Positions 26,906-37,192 of a DNA stretch of 64,000 nucleotides are shown piece by piece. Under the pieces are notes generated by a model. That model saw only the letters and a program-made list of their open reading frames with translations. It ran no database searches and was not told the origin of the DNA. The position numbers and the translations under genes were made by a program. Positions within the stretch are counted from its first letter, which is position 1. Each line of letters opens with the position of its first letter. This DNA comes from a virus, in the UHGV virus genome UHGV-0183930, one strand, 5' to 3'.

Positions 26906-27457
26906 ATGAAGAAACTTATTTTTGTTGAGACTGGTAAGGAAGTGGAAATGGGCAGAACAATTGCCTTTGGGATGAACAGTGCTTATGGTTTTATTCCATT
27001 TTATACTGCAACTATCTGTGAAGAGAGTATTCCATTTCTTATTGAAGAGGGTGTAATCAAGGAAGTTGAGGAGAAGGTTGAAGAGGAGGGAACCCATATT
27101 GACCCTTATTTCTATATAGAACATCTTGCAAAGAGGATTCATTGGAACAAAGACAATTTACAGAAGTATCTTGCAAACCTTTATACAATTTATCCTGCTG
27201 CTGTTCTTTCAATTATGTTGAGAGAAATAGCCATTGTTATGGATGAAAAGTATAAGAACCATATTGAGAATAGCAAGGAGATTTATGTAATCAGCACTCT
27301 CAGTGGGGAAATAACAAAGGTCAAGGACTTGGACAGAATCAAGAACTTCAAGAATTTTGCTGCATTCAGGACATTGGATGATGCTCTTGCAGCTAAACAT
27401 ATCTTGAGAGACCCTATGAAACAAATGTTTAAAAGAGGTGGAAAACAGAAGAATTAG
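26906..27457 (+). CDS. hypothetical protein
   Basis: MKKLIF start after an A11 tract. Confidence 0.7.
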   Translation: MKKLIFVETGKEVEMGRTIAFGMNSAYGFIPFYTATICEESIPFLIEEGVIKEVEEKVEEEGTHIDPYFYIEHLAKRIHWNKDNLQKYLANLYTIYPAAVLSIMLREIAIVMDEKYKNHIENSKEIYVISTLSGEITKVKDLDRIKNFKNFAAFRTLDDALAAKHILRDPMKQMFKRGGKQKN

Positions 27458-27917
27458 AAATGCTACTCCAGAAGAGTATGGTAATATAAAGTTTAAATCC
27501 AAGATTGAGGCAATGGTCTATAGGACCTTGCTTCAACATGGGTTTGAGCCTGAATATGAAACTCATACTTACACAATCTGGGAAGGATTTAGACCTACTG
27601 TACCTTTTTACACCCGTAATAAAGCTAAGGCTACAATACTAAACCTTAAGAAGCTAATTAATATTACTTATACCCCAGATTTCTACATGGAGTATCAAGG
27701 ATTAAAGATAATAATTGAAGTCAAAGGTCAGGTCAATGATGTGTTCCCTTACAAATTCAAGATGTTTAGGAAACATATAGAAGATTTGCCAGATAGAGAA
27801 AATTATCTTATCTTTGAGGTCTTTACTAAGAAACAACTCTTAGAATTTATTCAAATTATTAAAGATGTTAGCAGTAGAAAGAATGAGGAAATTGCTCTAC
27901 AGTTTACCAAAGAGTGA
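27438..27917 (+). CDS. PD-(D/E)xK endonuclease (DUF1064/endonuclease I-like)
   Basis: FKSKIE...YTPDF...IIIEVKG. Confidence 0.8.
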   Translation: MENRRIRNATPEEYGNIKFKSKIEAMVYRTLLQHGFEPEYETHTYTIWEGFRPTVPFYTRNKAKATILNLKKLINITYTPDFYMEYQGLKIIIEVKGQVNDVFPYKFKMFRKHIEDLPDRENYLIFEVFTKKQLLEFIQIIKDVSSRKNEEIALQFTKE

Positions 27918-28188
27918 TATAGCTTTAGGTGAACAGTTTATTCAGAGTAGAGATTTTGAGTCACTCAAGGACTTAGTGGATTCAGCAATCTACAAGGTTA
28001 GGAAGCACAAAGCCAGAAAAGATGAAGAAGGTGGAGTGCCACCTAAACAAGAGTATCTTGATGTGGACTTGACAGAGTTAAGTAATTTAAAAGCTGAGGT
28101 AGATGTGTATTTAACTCAGCTTGAAGTTCCCAGTAATGAATGGGAAGAAGACTTAGAGGATAATTATGATTATGGAGAAGAGTATTAA
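27865..28188 (+). CDS. hypothetical protein
   Basis: coupled ORF. Confidence 0.6.
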   Translation: MLAVERMRKLLYSLPKSDIALGEQFIQSRDFESLKDLVDSAIYKVRKHKARKDEEGGVPPKQEYLDVDLTELSNLKAEVDVYLTQLEVPSNEWEEDLEDNYDYGEEY

Positions 28189-29215
28189 AGAACTATCTTG
28201 GAATGTAACAGAGGAAGAATACAGGAAAGACCCTGCAATCAGCTACAGTACATTATCAAGATTTGAAAGGGAAGGTTGGAGAAAGATAGGTTCATTATTT
28301 GATAAGATAGAGACACCTGCATTGCAATTTGGAAGTGCAGTGGACTGTATGCTTACTGATGGTGAACAGGCTTTCAATGACAGGTTTATTGTCTGTGAGT
28401 TTCCTAACTTATCAGATAATTTAATCACTATTACAAAGGTACTGTTCTCAAAGTATGGAGATACTCACAGAAGAGTAGATACCATTGATGATGATATTAT
28501 CAGTGATGTGGCTGTTGCCAATAACTACTATGCAGGGGATTCTTATAGGGCACTTAGAATCAAGAAAGTAAAAGAAAGCTGTAATGAATATTATAGTTTA
28601 CTTGCACTTGCAGGAGAGAAGACTATCTTGTCTCAAAGGGATTATAATGATGTAATGTCTTGTGTAAATGAGCTTACAAGTAACTCAGTTACAAAGGAAT
28701 TCTTCTTTACTGACCCTTGGGATAGTAGTATTGAGAAGGTATTTCAGCTCAAATTTAAAGCTGAGTGGAATGGAATACCAGTCAGATGTATGTTTGATGA
28801 ATTGATTGTTGACCATGTAAATAAAGTGATATATCCTATAGACTTAAAGACTACAGGGCATCCAGAGGAGGAATTTGATGGGTCATTTGCTACATGGAGA
28901 TATGATATTCAAGCCAAGCTATATACATATATCCTTCAAGAGTGCATTAAGAGAGACCCTTATTTCAGTCAGTTCAAGATTCAGCATTATCAATTTGTTG
29001 TAATCAATAGAAGGACAATAGCCCCTGTCATTTGGGAATTTCATGGGAACTTTGGTATGGTGGATTTAAAGGATGAAGAAGGTAAGATTTATAGGGATTG
29101 GAGAAAGATTCTCTCAGACCTTAATTATTATCTTGGTAATCCTAATCTGAAATATAGTAAGGAAGTAATGGAAAATGATTGTATTATGCAAATAAAGAAT
29201 TTAGTACCAGCATGA
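28166..29215 (+). CDS. RecE/exonuclease VIII-like PD-(D/E)xK exonuclease
   Basis: ISYSTLS, FGSAVD, RCMFD..IDLKTT, YDIQAKLY. Confidence 0.8.
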   Translation: MIMEKSIKELSWNVTEEEYRKDPAISYSTLSRFEREGWRKIGSLFDKIETPALQFGSAVDCMLTDGEQAFNDRFIVCEFPNLSDNLITITKVLFSKYGDTHRRVDTIDDDIISDVAVANNYYAGDSYRALRIKKVKESCNEYYSLLALAGEKTILSQRDYNDVMSCVNELTSNSVTKEFFFTDPWDSSIEKVFQLKFKAEWNGIPVRCMFDELIVDHVNKVIYPIDLKTTGHPEEEFDGSFATWRYDIQAKLYTYILQECIKRDPYFSQFKIQHYQFVVINRRTIAPVIWEFHGNFGMVDLKDEEGKIYRDWRKILSDLNYYLGNPNLKYSKEVMENDCIMQIKNLVPA

Positions 29216-31722
29216 CAGAGTTAGAATATTTTAAAGGTGATGAACTGGCAGCTTCTACTTGGAGAAATAAGTATGCAGCAGAGAAAGAACAGACTCCTGA
29301 TGATACTCACAGAAGACTTGCAAGAGAATTTGCAAGAGTAGAAAGTGACTATCATTGGAAAGCATCAAATAGGATGAAACTATCCAATTATGGTTATCAA
29401 AGACCTAATCTTGATGAAGAAGCTATCTATCAGTTATTCAAGGACTTCAAGTATATTATACCCGGAGGTTCAGTGATGTCTGGTGCAGGTACTGGTCAAT
29501 TGGTTTCATTGTCTAATTGCTTTGTAATAGGCAGTCCTAAAGACAGTTATGCAGAGATAATGAAGACAAGGAGCCAGCAAGCTCAACTTATGAAGAGAAG
29601 GGGTGGAGTAGGGTATGACCTATCTGAACTCAGACCAAGAGGAGCTAAGGTAAATAATGCAGCCAAGTCTTCAACAGGTGCAGCATCTTTCATGGATGTA
29701 TGTTCTGATATTACTAATGAAGTTGCTCAGAATGGAAGAAGAGGTGCTCTTATGTTAAGTATGAGCATCAATCATCCTGATATTGAGGAATTTATTACTA
29801 AGAAACAGGACTTAACCAAGGTAACTGGAGCTAATATAAGTGTGAAAGTTACTGATGAATTCATGCAGGCTGTAATGGAAGATAAGGATTACTGGCTTAG
29901 GTATCCTGTAGATTGTCCTAATTTTGAAATGTTATATTCTGATAATTTCGAGTATAATGTTTTATATAGCACAGATAGAGGTCATATAAAGAAAGTGAGG
30001 GCAAGAGAGTTATGGAACACTCTTATGCACTGTGCTTGGAATACTGCTGAACCGGGGATTATGTTTGAAGGAGTAATGCACAACTATTCTCCTGATGGTG
30101 TATATCCTGATTTCAAAATGATTGGAACTAATCCTTGTGGAGAGATACCAATGGGTCCATTTGATAGCTGTAGATTGATTCATATTAATCTTAGTAGCTA
30201 TATTATAAACCCATTTACAGATAAGGCTCACATTGATGAGGAACTGCTCTATATGCACTCTTATGAAGCTATGAGATTAGCTGATGATTTGGTTGATTTG
30301 GAGATTGAGGCTGTTGATAGAATTATCAATGCAGTTAAGAATGATACTGATGATACTGAGTTCAAGCTATGGAGTAGAATCAAAGAGACTGCAATTCAGG
30401 GAAGAAGAGCTGGTCTTGGATTCACTGGACTTGCTGATGCAATAGCTATGTTAGGCTTAAAGTATGACTCTGATGAAGGTATTCAGAAAGTTGAACAACT
30501 GATGAAGATTATGTTCAAAGGTCAGCTTGATAGTAACATTGATATGGCTGTTGAGAGAGGTAAATTCCCTGTTTGTAATACACCAGTTGAGTTTGAGAAC
30601 GTGGGATATGAAGGAGGTAATCTGTGGTATAAAAAATTAGCTAAGAATTTTCCATCTGAATGTACAAGAATGCTCAAATATGGAAGAAGGAATATCAGTT
30701 GGTCAACTGTAGCTCCTACTGGAACTGTAAGTATCATGGCTGGTACAAGTAGTGGTATAGAACCTGTATTCATGCCTTTCTATCAAAGAAAAAGGAAATG
30801 TATGGATTCTAAGGATAGAGTGGATTATGTAGATAAGGTAGGTGAGAAATATACCTTGTTTACTGTAGTTCATCCTAACTTGAAGAGATGGGCTGTAACT
30901 ACATTGAATTACAGTGAAGAGGAAGTCAATGATTGGTCTGTTGGAGTATGGCATGAAGTATGGAAAGAAAGTCCTTACTATGGTTCTACTGCACCAGAGA
31001 TTGATTGGAGGCAGAGAGTCAAGCTGCAAGGAGTAGTTCAGAAATATATCACTCACAGTATCAGTAGTACAGTTAATCTGGCTAAGGAAACTACAGAAGA
31101 GGAGATTGCTGACATCTATATTGAATCTTGGAAACAAGGATTGAAAGGTATTACCATTTATAGGGATGGTTGTAGAGAAGGTGTATTAACTAAGGTTGAG
31201 AAACCTACAACCATTACTGACAGGCAAGCTCCTAAGAGACCAAAAGAACTTGAAGCTGATGCTTATTTGATTAAAGCAAAAGGTGAACAGTTTATTATCT
31301 TAGTTGGTATGTTGGATGGCAAGCCCTATGAAATCTTTGCATTCAGACCAAGGAATCCTATTAGTTTCAAGCCTCATAAGGGTATTATAACCAAGGTAAG
31401 TAAGATGCACTATAGCTTTACATCAGAGATATTCCATATAGACAATCTTGAATTGGCTAATGAAAATGTTGAAGAGAATGCAGCTACTTTATATTCTTCT
31501 ATGTTATTGAGACATGGAGTGAATATTAAGTATATTGTCAAGACTGCAAAGAAGGTTAATGACAATATATCTTCATTCAGTTCAGCTATGTGCAGAGTGC
31601 TTAGTAAATATATCCCCAATGAAGAAATCAAGGGAGAAGTATGTCCTGATTGTGGTGGAACTCTTGTAAGAGAAGGTGGTTGTATTCACTGTAAGGACTG
31701 TGGCTATAGTAAATGTTTGTAG
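29212..31722 (+). CDS. nrdJ: ribonucleotide reductase class II (B12-dependent)
   Basis: SNC, RRGA, TNPCGE, APTGTVS, SSTVN, C-terminal Zn ribbon; no beta subunit gene nearby. Confidence 0.88.
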   Translation: MTELEYFKGDELAASTWRNKYAAEKEQTPDDTHRRLAREFARVESDYHWKASNRMKLSNYGYQRPNLDEEAIYQLFKDFKYIIPGGSVMSGAGTGQLVSLSNCFVIGSPKDSYAEIMKTRSQQAQLMKRRGGVGYDLSELRPRGAKVNNAAKSSTGAASFMDVCSDITNEVAQNGRRGALMLSMSINHPDIEEFITKKQDLTKVTGANISVKVTDEFMQAVMEDKDYWLRYPVDCPNFEMLYSDNFEYNVLYSTDRGHIKKVRARELWNTLMHCAWNTAEPGIMFEGVMHNYSPDGVYPDFKMIGTNPCGEIPMGPFDSCRLIHINLSSYIINPFTDKAHIDEELLYMHSYEAMRLADDLVDLEIEAVDRIINAVKNDTDDTEFKLWSRIKETAIQGRRAGLGFTGLADAIAMLGLKYDSDEGIQKVEQLMKIMFKGQLDSNIDMAVERGKFPVCNTPVEFENVGYEGGNLWYKKLAKNFPSECTRMLKYGRRNISWSTVAPTGTVSIMAGTSSGIEPVFMPFYQRKRKCMDSKDRVDYVDKVGEKYTLFTVVHPNLKRWAVTTLNYSEEEVNDWSVGVWHEVWKESPYYGSTAPEIDWRQRVKLQGVVQKYITHSISSTVNLAKETTEEEIADIYIESWKQGLKGITIYRDGCREGVLTKVEKPTTITDRQAPKRPKELEADAYLIKAKGEQFIILVGMLDGKPYEIFAFRPRNPISFKPHKGIITKVSKMHYSFTSEIFHIDNLELANENVEENAATLYSSMLLRHGVNIKYIVKTAKKVNDNISSFSSAMCRVLSKYIPNEEIKGEVCPDCGGTLVREGGCIHCKDCGYSKCL

Positions 31723-31723
31723 T

Positions 31724-31942
31724 ATGAAGATTGAAACTAAATATAGTATGGGAGATGCTGCCTTTGTTATGCACAATAACAGGGCAGTTCCCATAAAAAT
31801 CATGGGAGTATATTATTCTCTTGATGTATATAAAGGTGAGCATATTACTTATGCAAGTGATATAGTAGTTGCTGGTGGTCCAATCAGGTTTGAGGAAAAG
31901 TATGTGTTTAAAACCAAAGAAGATTTGTTGAAATCATTATGA
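31724..31942 (+). CDS. hypothetical protein
   Basis: MKIETKY start, coupled. Confidence 0.65.
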   Translation: MKIETKYSMGDAAFVMHNNRAVPIKIMGVYYSLDVYKGEHITYASDIVVAGGPIRFEEKYVFKTKEDLLKSL

Positions 31943-32406
31943 AAATAAAAGTAAAAGAGATAACAAGTGGATGTTTTCCTGTAAGGACAGGAGAGGATAA
32001 ATCAGATTGTTTTGACTTATGTCTGGCAGAAGATGTAACCTTGAAGAAAGGTGAAGTCTATGTTGCAAAATTAGGTATTGCAACTGAACTTCCTAAGGGA
32101 ATTGTAGCTAAAGTTTATAGCAGAAGTAGTGCTCCAAGTAAGTTAGGAGTAACTATTGCTAATGGTCTTGGATTCATTGATACCATTTATAATGGTGATA
32201 CTGATGAATGGAGAGCACCATTATATGCTTTTAAGGCTGTAACAATTCCTAAAGGCACAAGAGTATGTCAATTTGAGGTTAAATTATCTCAATTTGCTAC
32301 TGTATGGCAGAAGATAAAATGGCTATTCTCTTCAAAACCACTTCTGGAGCCTGTGGATTTCCTTGGAAATGAAGGTAGAGGTGGTATTGGTAGCACAGGA
32401 AAGTAA
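31939..32406 (+). CDS. dut: dUTPase (trimeric)
   Basis: FDL, SRSS, GFIDTIYNG, RVCQ, RGGIGSTG. Confidence 0.88.
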   Translation: MKIKVKEITSGCFPVRTGEDKSDCFDLCLAEDVTLKKGEVYVAKLGIATELPKGIVAKVYSRSSAPSKLGVTIANGLGFIDTIYNGDTDEWRAPLYAFKAVTIPKGTRVCQFEVKLSQFATVWQKIKWLFSSKPLLEPVDFLGNEGRGGIGSTGK

Positions 32407-32429
32407 TCACTAAAAAAAAAACATGAAAC

Positions 32430-32945
32430 ATGGAGTTTGTATGGAAAATTGTAGCAATGATAGTGGTACTGGCTTGTGTAGCCATTATTGCAGGAGTTGT
32501 TAATCTAATAATGAACAGGAGGAAGATAGACCCTAAAGTAGGAAGAATTTCATTTAGAGAGTCTATGGATTTGGTTGAATTGCCAATTGTCACATTTATG
32601 AATAATGGTAAGAAACTGAACTTCCTGTTGGATACTGGAGCATCCTATTCTTCAATTAATGAAGCAGCTCTGGAAGGGTTATCTTATGAAGAGACTGGAG
32701 AGAGTGGCTTTGGTATGGGAATTGAGGGTAATATTAAAGAGGACAGAGGTTATGTCAGAATGAATGTTGATTATAGAAGTGCAAGCTATGAGGATGATTT
32801 CCAAGTAGTTGACTTAAGTCAGGCATTTGGTATGATTAAGCAGGAGTATGGTATTAACCTACATGGAATCTTAGGTAGCACTTTCTTCCAGAAGTATAGG
32901 TATGTGCTGAATTTTGATGAATTAGTAGCATATTCAATGGTATGA
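32430..32945 (+). CDS. membrane-anchored retropepsin-like aspartic protease
   Basis: N-terminal TM; FLLDTGAS; GILG. Confidence 0.8.
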   Translation: MEFVWKIVAMIVVLACVAIIAGVVNLIMNRRKIDPKVGRISFRESMDLVELPIVTFMNNGKKLNFLLDTGASYSSINEAALEGLSYEETGESGFGMGIEGNIKEDRGYVRMNVDYRSASYEDDFQVVDLSQAFGMIKQEYGINLHGILGSTFFQKYRYVLNFDELVAYSMV

Positions 32946-33259
32946 AAGACTTAATAGAGTTAAAATCAAGGTATGAAGAACATAATTATCTCAGGAAGTT
33001 AGCTAAACCTGATGGCAGTGAATCAAGGACTTATATGTTAAAGACTTCTACATATACTATGAGGAGTGGAATGACAGATAAGAAGAAAAAGTTCATAGAC
33101 CCAGCAGGAGGTCCAATGATAGTTGAGGGAGAATATCTTGAGGAAGCTGGGGCAGTAGTTAAATCTATAGACCATGTAATGGGTCAAGGTTATGCTATTA
33201 CCTTTGGAGTCACACCAGAGGAAGAGAAAGAGTTGATTGATGCAATAGTGAATATATGA
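32942..33259 (+). CDS. hypothetical protein
   Basis: coupled ORF. Confidence 0.7.
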   Translation: MKDLIELKSRYEEHNYLRKLAKPDGSESRTYMLKTSTYTMRSGMTDKKKKFIDPAGGPMIVEGEYLEEAGAVVKSIDHVMGQGYAITFGVTPEEEKELIDAIVNI

Positions 33260-35577
33260 TTTATGTAGTAACTCAACAGATACTACCTGAATCTGACAAG
33301 TATGAGATAATATCTCCACAAGCTGCATTACACATGCTTAAACCTCTTAGAAAGGTTGGCTTAGATACTGAAACCAAAGGGTTTGACCCATATACAAAAG
33401 AACTCATAATGCTCCAGTTGGGGTGTTATGAGTTCCAAGTAGTCATTGATGTGACTACTGTAAGTCTGAGTTTCTTTAAGGACTATCTTGAATCTGACAG
33501 ACTATTTATTGGTTGGAATATCAAGTTTGACTTGAAGTTCTTATTCCATCAAAGAGTGGTTGTAAAACAGGTTTATGATGGCTTCTTGGCAGAGAAACTT
33601 ATGTATATGGGCTTTCCTGCTGGTATTCATTCTATGGCTTTGAAAGCAGCAGGGCAGAATTATCTTGGTGTTGAATTGGATAAGACTGTTCGGGGTAAAG
33701 TGATGTGGGCTGGTCTTTCTGAGGATGTTATTGAGTATGGTGCAAATGATGTGAAATATCTGGAAAGGATAATGGATGCACAAGAAAAAGAACTCCAGAA
33801 GAGAGGATTAGTTACAGCTCTTGTGTATGAGAATAAGTCTGTTCCTTGGGTTGCATATACTGAATATTGTGGTGTGTTATTAGACAGAAGCAAATGGGAA
33901 AGAAAGATGCTTCTTGATAATTTCACTGTCAAAGTATTTGAGGATGCACTCAGTAATTGGGTTATTAATTCAGCTAAGGGGGAGAATTATGCTTATCATT
34001 ACTTGCAGATAGAAGGATGGGATGACCCTGATGACCTTGAAAAAGCAAGGAAAAAGATGAAGGGTGAAAGATGCCCAGAAGCAGATATTAAAGGACAGGA
34101 GAGAGGTTATTGTGAAGCATGGAAAGTTCCTATTGATGCAAGGCTGAGTACCAAATATATAAAGGAAGACCTTCAAGGAGACCTGTTTCTTGGCTTTCAA
34201 GACAAGACCCAATGTTTGATTAATTGGGATAGTCCTAAACAAGTAATTCCATTATTCAAATCATTAGGTTTTAATTTGTTGGCTAAAGATAAGGATACTG
34301 GTGAATGGAAGGATAGTATTGAGGCAAAAGTAATTGAACCTCAGCAAGATAAATCTACCATTGCATATCTGTATCTACAATATAAGGCAGCCAAGAAGGT
34401 TACTTCTACTTATGGTCAGAATGTAATTAACCAGATAAATGAAAAGAGTGGTAGGTTACATACTAATTTTAATCAGTTAGGCACAGATACAGGGAGATTA
34501 AGCTCAGGAGGTAAGGATAAATCAAACAATATTGAATATCTTAACTTTCAGAACTTCCCATCTGATAGTGAGACAAGAGCTTGTTTTGTTGCAGGAAAAG
34601 GGATGAAATGGATTTCTTGTGACTATAGTGGGCAGGAGTCAAGAATCATTGCAGATGTAACCAATGACCCAGCTATGATTGATTTGTTCAATAATGGTTG
34701 TGGTGATATTCACTCTCTGGTAGCCAAGATGTCTTATCCTGAGGTAATAGGCAATTGTCCTATAGAAGAGATAAAGTATAAGTTCAAACATTGGAGAAGT
34801 GAAGCTAAGGGTGTTGAATTTGCCATTAATTATGGTGGTGATGCCAACACTATTCATGGTAATAAGGGTATTCCTCTTGTAGAAGCCAATAAGATTTATA
34901 ATAACTACATGAAGGGTTTTAAAGGTATGAAAGTATATCAGGACAGGCAGAGAAAGTTTGTCATGGAACATGGATATATCATTACTGACTTTTCAAGTGG
35001 AAGAAAGGCTTATATCTATGATTATGATATATTAATGGGTATAAAAGCAAGGTTCAATCAAGAGTATTGGGCTACTTATAAACCTTATAAAGGCAAAGAG
35101 AATAAGTTGCTTCCTAAACAGGTGAAGAATGAATTATATCAAAGATTTGCCAGAGGAGACAGCTTTAATTCTATGGTAGGAGTATATCATTATACAACCA
35201 AAAAAGCAGGAAAAGATACTGTCAGAGAGGCTTATGTAAATATGGCTGATGTGTATGTGCATCCTGTAAGACACTTCTTCAAGAGGAAGTCTGCATCTGA
35301 AAAGCAAGCAATCAATTACCCTTGTCAAGGGTGTGGTGCTACCATGTTCAAGACTGCATCCATCTTCTTATGGGAATATCTTGTGGAGCATGATTTGTTA
35401 TTCAAGATAAAACTGTGTATTCCAGCACATGATGAATGGAATATAGAGGTTCCAGAAGATATGGCTGATGAAATGACAGAGGTATTGAAGGATTGTATGA
35501 AGAGGGCAGGAGCTTTCTTCTGTAGAAAAGTAGAACTCCCTGCTGAGGGAGAACCAGCAGATTTTTGGATTCATTGA
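33256..35577 (+). CDS. polA: DNA polymerase family A with 3'-5' exonuclease
   Basis: DTET, NIKFD, YGAND, TGRLSS, DYSGQESR, AKGVEFAINYG, NYPCQG, HDE. Confidence 0.93.
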   Translation: MIYVVTQQILPESDKYEIISPQAALHMLKPLRKVGLDTETKGFDPYTKELIMLQLGCYEFQVVIDVTTVSLSFFKDYLESDRLFIGWNIKFDLKFLFHQRVVVKQVYDGFLAEKLMYMGFPAGIHSMALKAAGQNYLGVELDKTVRGKVMWAGLSEDVIEYGANDVKYLERIMDAQEKELQKRGLVTALVYENKSVPWVAYTEYCGVLLDRSKWERKMLLDNFTVKVFEDALSNWVINSAKGENYAYHYLQIEGWDDPDDLEKARKKMKGERCPEADIKGQERGYCEAWKVPIDARLSTKYIKEDLQGDLFLGFQDKTQCLINWDSPKQVIPLFKSLGFNLLAKDKDTGEWKDSIEAKVIEPQQDKSTIAYLYLQYKAAKKVTSTYGQNVINQINEKSGRLHTNFNQLGTDTGRLSSGGKDKSNNIEYLNFQNFPSDSETRACFVAGKGMKWISCDYSGQESRIIADVTNDPAMIDLFNNGCGDIHSLVAKMSYPEVIGNCPIEEIKYKFKHWRSEAKGVEFAINYGGDANTIHGNKGIPLVEANKIYNNYMKGFKGMKVYQDRQRKFVMEHGYIITDFSSGRKAYIYDYDILMGIKARFNQEYWATYKPYKGKENKLLPKQVKNELYQRFARGDSFNSMVGVYHYTTKKAGKDTVREAYVNMADVYVHPVRHFFKRKSASEKQAINYPCQGCGATMFKTASIFLWEYLVEHDLLFKIKLCIPAHDEWNIEVPEDMADEMTEVLKDCMKRAGAFFCRKVELPAEGEPADFWIH

Positions 35578-35578
35578 T

Positions 35579-35899
35579 ATGGAAATTTGGCAAGTTTTTG
35601 TTTTAACAGTGGTGGTGATAGCACTAATTTGTGGTGCTACCTACCTTGCCCACTTGATAAACTGCAAAGAAAAAGAGAGAATCTATGTCTATCCTAAGAC
35701 TAAAAATCAATACTATGCTAAAGGTGTAGTAAAGATGAAGGACACTGATAGTGGTGAATGGATAGATGCAGTTCTTTATATAAGCCTCAAGAATGGTAAT
35801 TATTATGTCAGGGATAAGAGGCAATTCCTTGGCAAGTTTGTAACTTTAAAAGAATGGAAAAAGAATGGAGGAAATGATAAAAACAGCAGAAGAACCTAA
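35579..35899 (+). CDS. hypothetical protein (TM plus DUF1653-like)
   Basis: VLYISLKNGNYYVRDKRQF. Confidence 0.6.
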   Translation: MEIWQVFVLTVVVIALICGATYLAHLINCKEKERIYVYPKTKNQYYAKGVVKMKDTDSGEWIDAVLYISLKNGNYYVRDKRQFLGKFVTLKEWKKNGGNDKNSRRT

Positions 35900-36191
35900 G
35901 TTACCAGAATCAGCTAATCACTTTAAAGAGATAGTAAAAGGAATGATTTCTACTTATGTTAGAAAGAATCATGACTATGGTAATTCCTTTGAAGTATCTA
36001 TGAATGAAGAGGGTCTTGCTGCTGCAAGAATAAGACTGGGTGATAAATGGCTAAGATTCAAACAGTTATCTAAAGGTGAGAAGGCTCTTGTAAAGGATGA
36101 ATCTATTAGAGATACATTGCTTGATATGGCTAATTATGCCATTATGACAGTAATGTGGATGGATAATCAGAATAAAACTTGTAAAGCATGA
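35865..36191 (+). CDS. DUF1599/nucleotide-modification-associated domain protein
   Basis: KNHDYGNSF...DKWLR...ESIRDTLLDMANYAIM. Confidence 0.75.
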   Translation: MEEMIKTAEEPKLPESANHFKEIVKGMISTYVRKNHDYGNSFEVSMNEEGLAAARIRLGDKWLRFKQLSKGEKALVKDESIRDTLLDMANYAIMTVMWMDNQNKTCKA

Positions 36192-36610
36192 TTATAGCAG
36201 TAGATTTTGATGGAACTTGTGTTACACATGAGTTTCCATATGTAGGAAAGGAGATAGGAGCAGCAGAAGTCTTGAAAGAATTGACTGATAAAGGTCATAA
36301 GATTATACTGTTCACTATGAGAAGCCATCCTAATGAGATAAACCAGAATAGAACCATTGATGGGAATATTATTAGTAATGATGCTCTACAAGATGCAATA
36401 GACTGGTTTAAGAAACATGATATTCCTTTGTTTGGTGTAAATGAAAACCCAACTCAAAAGGATTGGTCCTCTTCACCTAAACCTTATGCTCACATCTATA
36501 TTGATGATGCAGCTTTAGGAGTTCCCTTGAAACATAGTTATATTTCTGATAGACCTTATGTGGATTGGGATATAGTTAGATATTATCTTCATGTAAAGAA
36601 TATATTATGA
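36188..36610 (+). CDS. HAD-superfamily hydrolase
   Basis: IAVDFDGT, FTMR, KPYAHIYIDD. Confidence 0.85.
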   Translation: MIIAVDFDGTCVTHEFPYVGKEIGAAEVLKELTDKGHKIILFTMRSHPNEINQNRTIDGNIISNDALQDAIDWFKKHDIPLFGVNENPTQKDWSSSPKPYAHIYIDDAALGVPLKHSYISDRPYVDWDIVRYYLHVKNIL

Positions 36611-36876
36611 CAGAAAAACAGGAGAGATGGCAGAAAAGAAGTAGGATACTTTGGAGATTAAAAGGGATAGGTATTCCTACATATGAAACTAATATATTAA
36701 CTGCTACTGAAATTGAGAAGTTGTCACAAGCTTTTTCTTTAATTAGAGAGGTAGTAAAGGATTCAACTCAGTCCAGTAGAGAGTTAGGTTTCAATGCTAT
36801 GGAGAGATGTAAGATTTGTGGCAAGCCTATGTATAAAAATGGCTTGTGTAAAAAGTGTTATTCTATAAATTATTAA
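36607..36876 (+). CDS. hypothetical protein with C-terminal Zn finger
   Basis: CKICG...CKKC. Confidence 0.65.
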   Translation: MTEKQERWQKRSRILWRLKGIGIPTYETNILTATEIEKLSQAFSLIREVVKDSTQSSRELGFNAMERCKICGKPMYKNGLCKKCYSINY

Positions 36877-36877
36877 T

Positions 36878-37192
36878 ATGGCAGGACAACAAGGAATTTA
36901 TTGTGCCCCAAATAATATAGTCCCTAATAGGGATAGGGTAGATGTAGGTTGTGCTCCTGATGGAGCAATGCAACTCTGGGTTATGGAATATGAAGTTACT
37001 GGTATAGGTAAGGGATGTGCAATGTGTAAGGCTATTAATCCTCAACAGGCAGAGATGCTCCTGAAGAGTAATGGTTTATACAATGGAAGCTCTTACCTGT
37101 ATAAAGTAACAAGAATTGAACAAGTGATTGTACCACCTTGTAATGCTCTTATGGCTGAGCAAGTGGTAACTTATAAAGATGTAGTATCATGA
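36878..37192 (+). CDS. hypothetical protein
   Basis: coupled ORF. Confidence 0.7.
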   Translation: MAGQQGIYCAPNNIVPNRDRVDVGCAPDGAMQLWVMEYEVTGIGKGCAMCKAINPQQAEMLLKSNGLYNGSSYLYKVTRIEQVIVPPCNALMAEQVVTYKDVVS

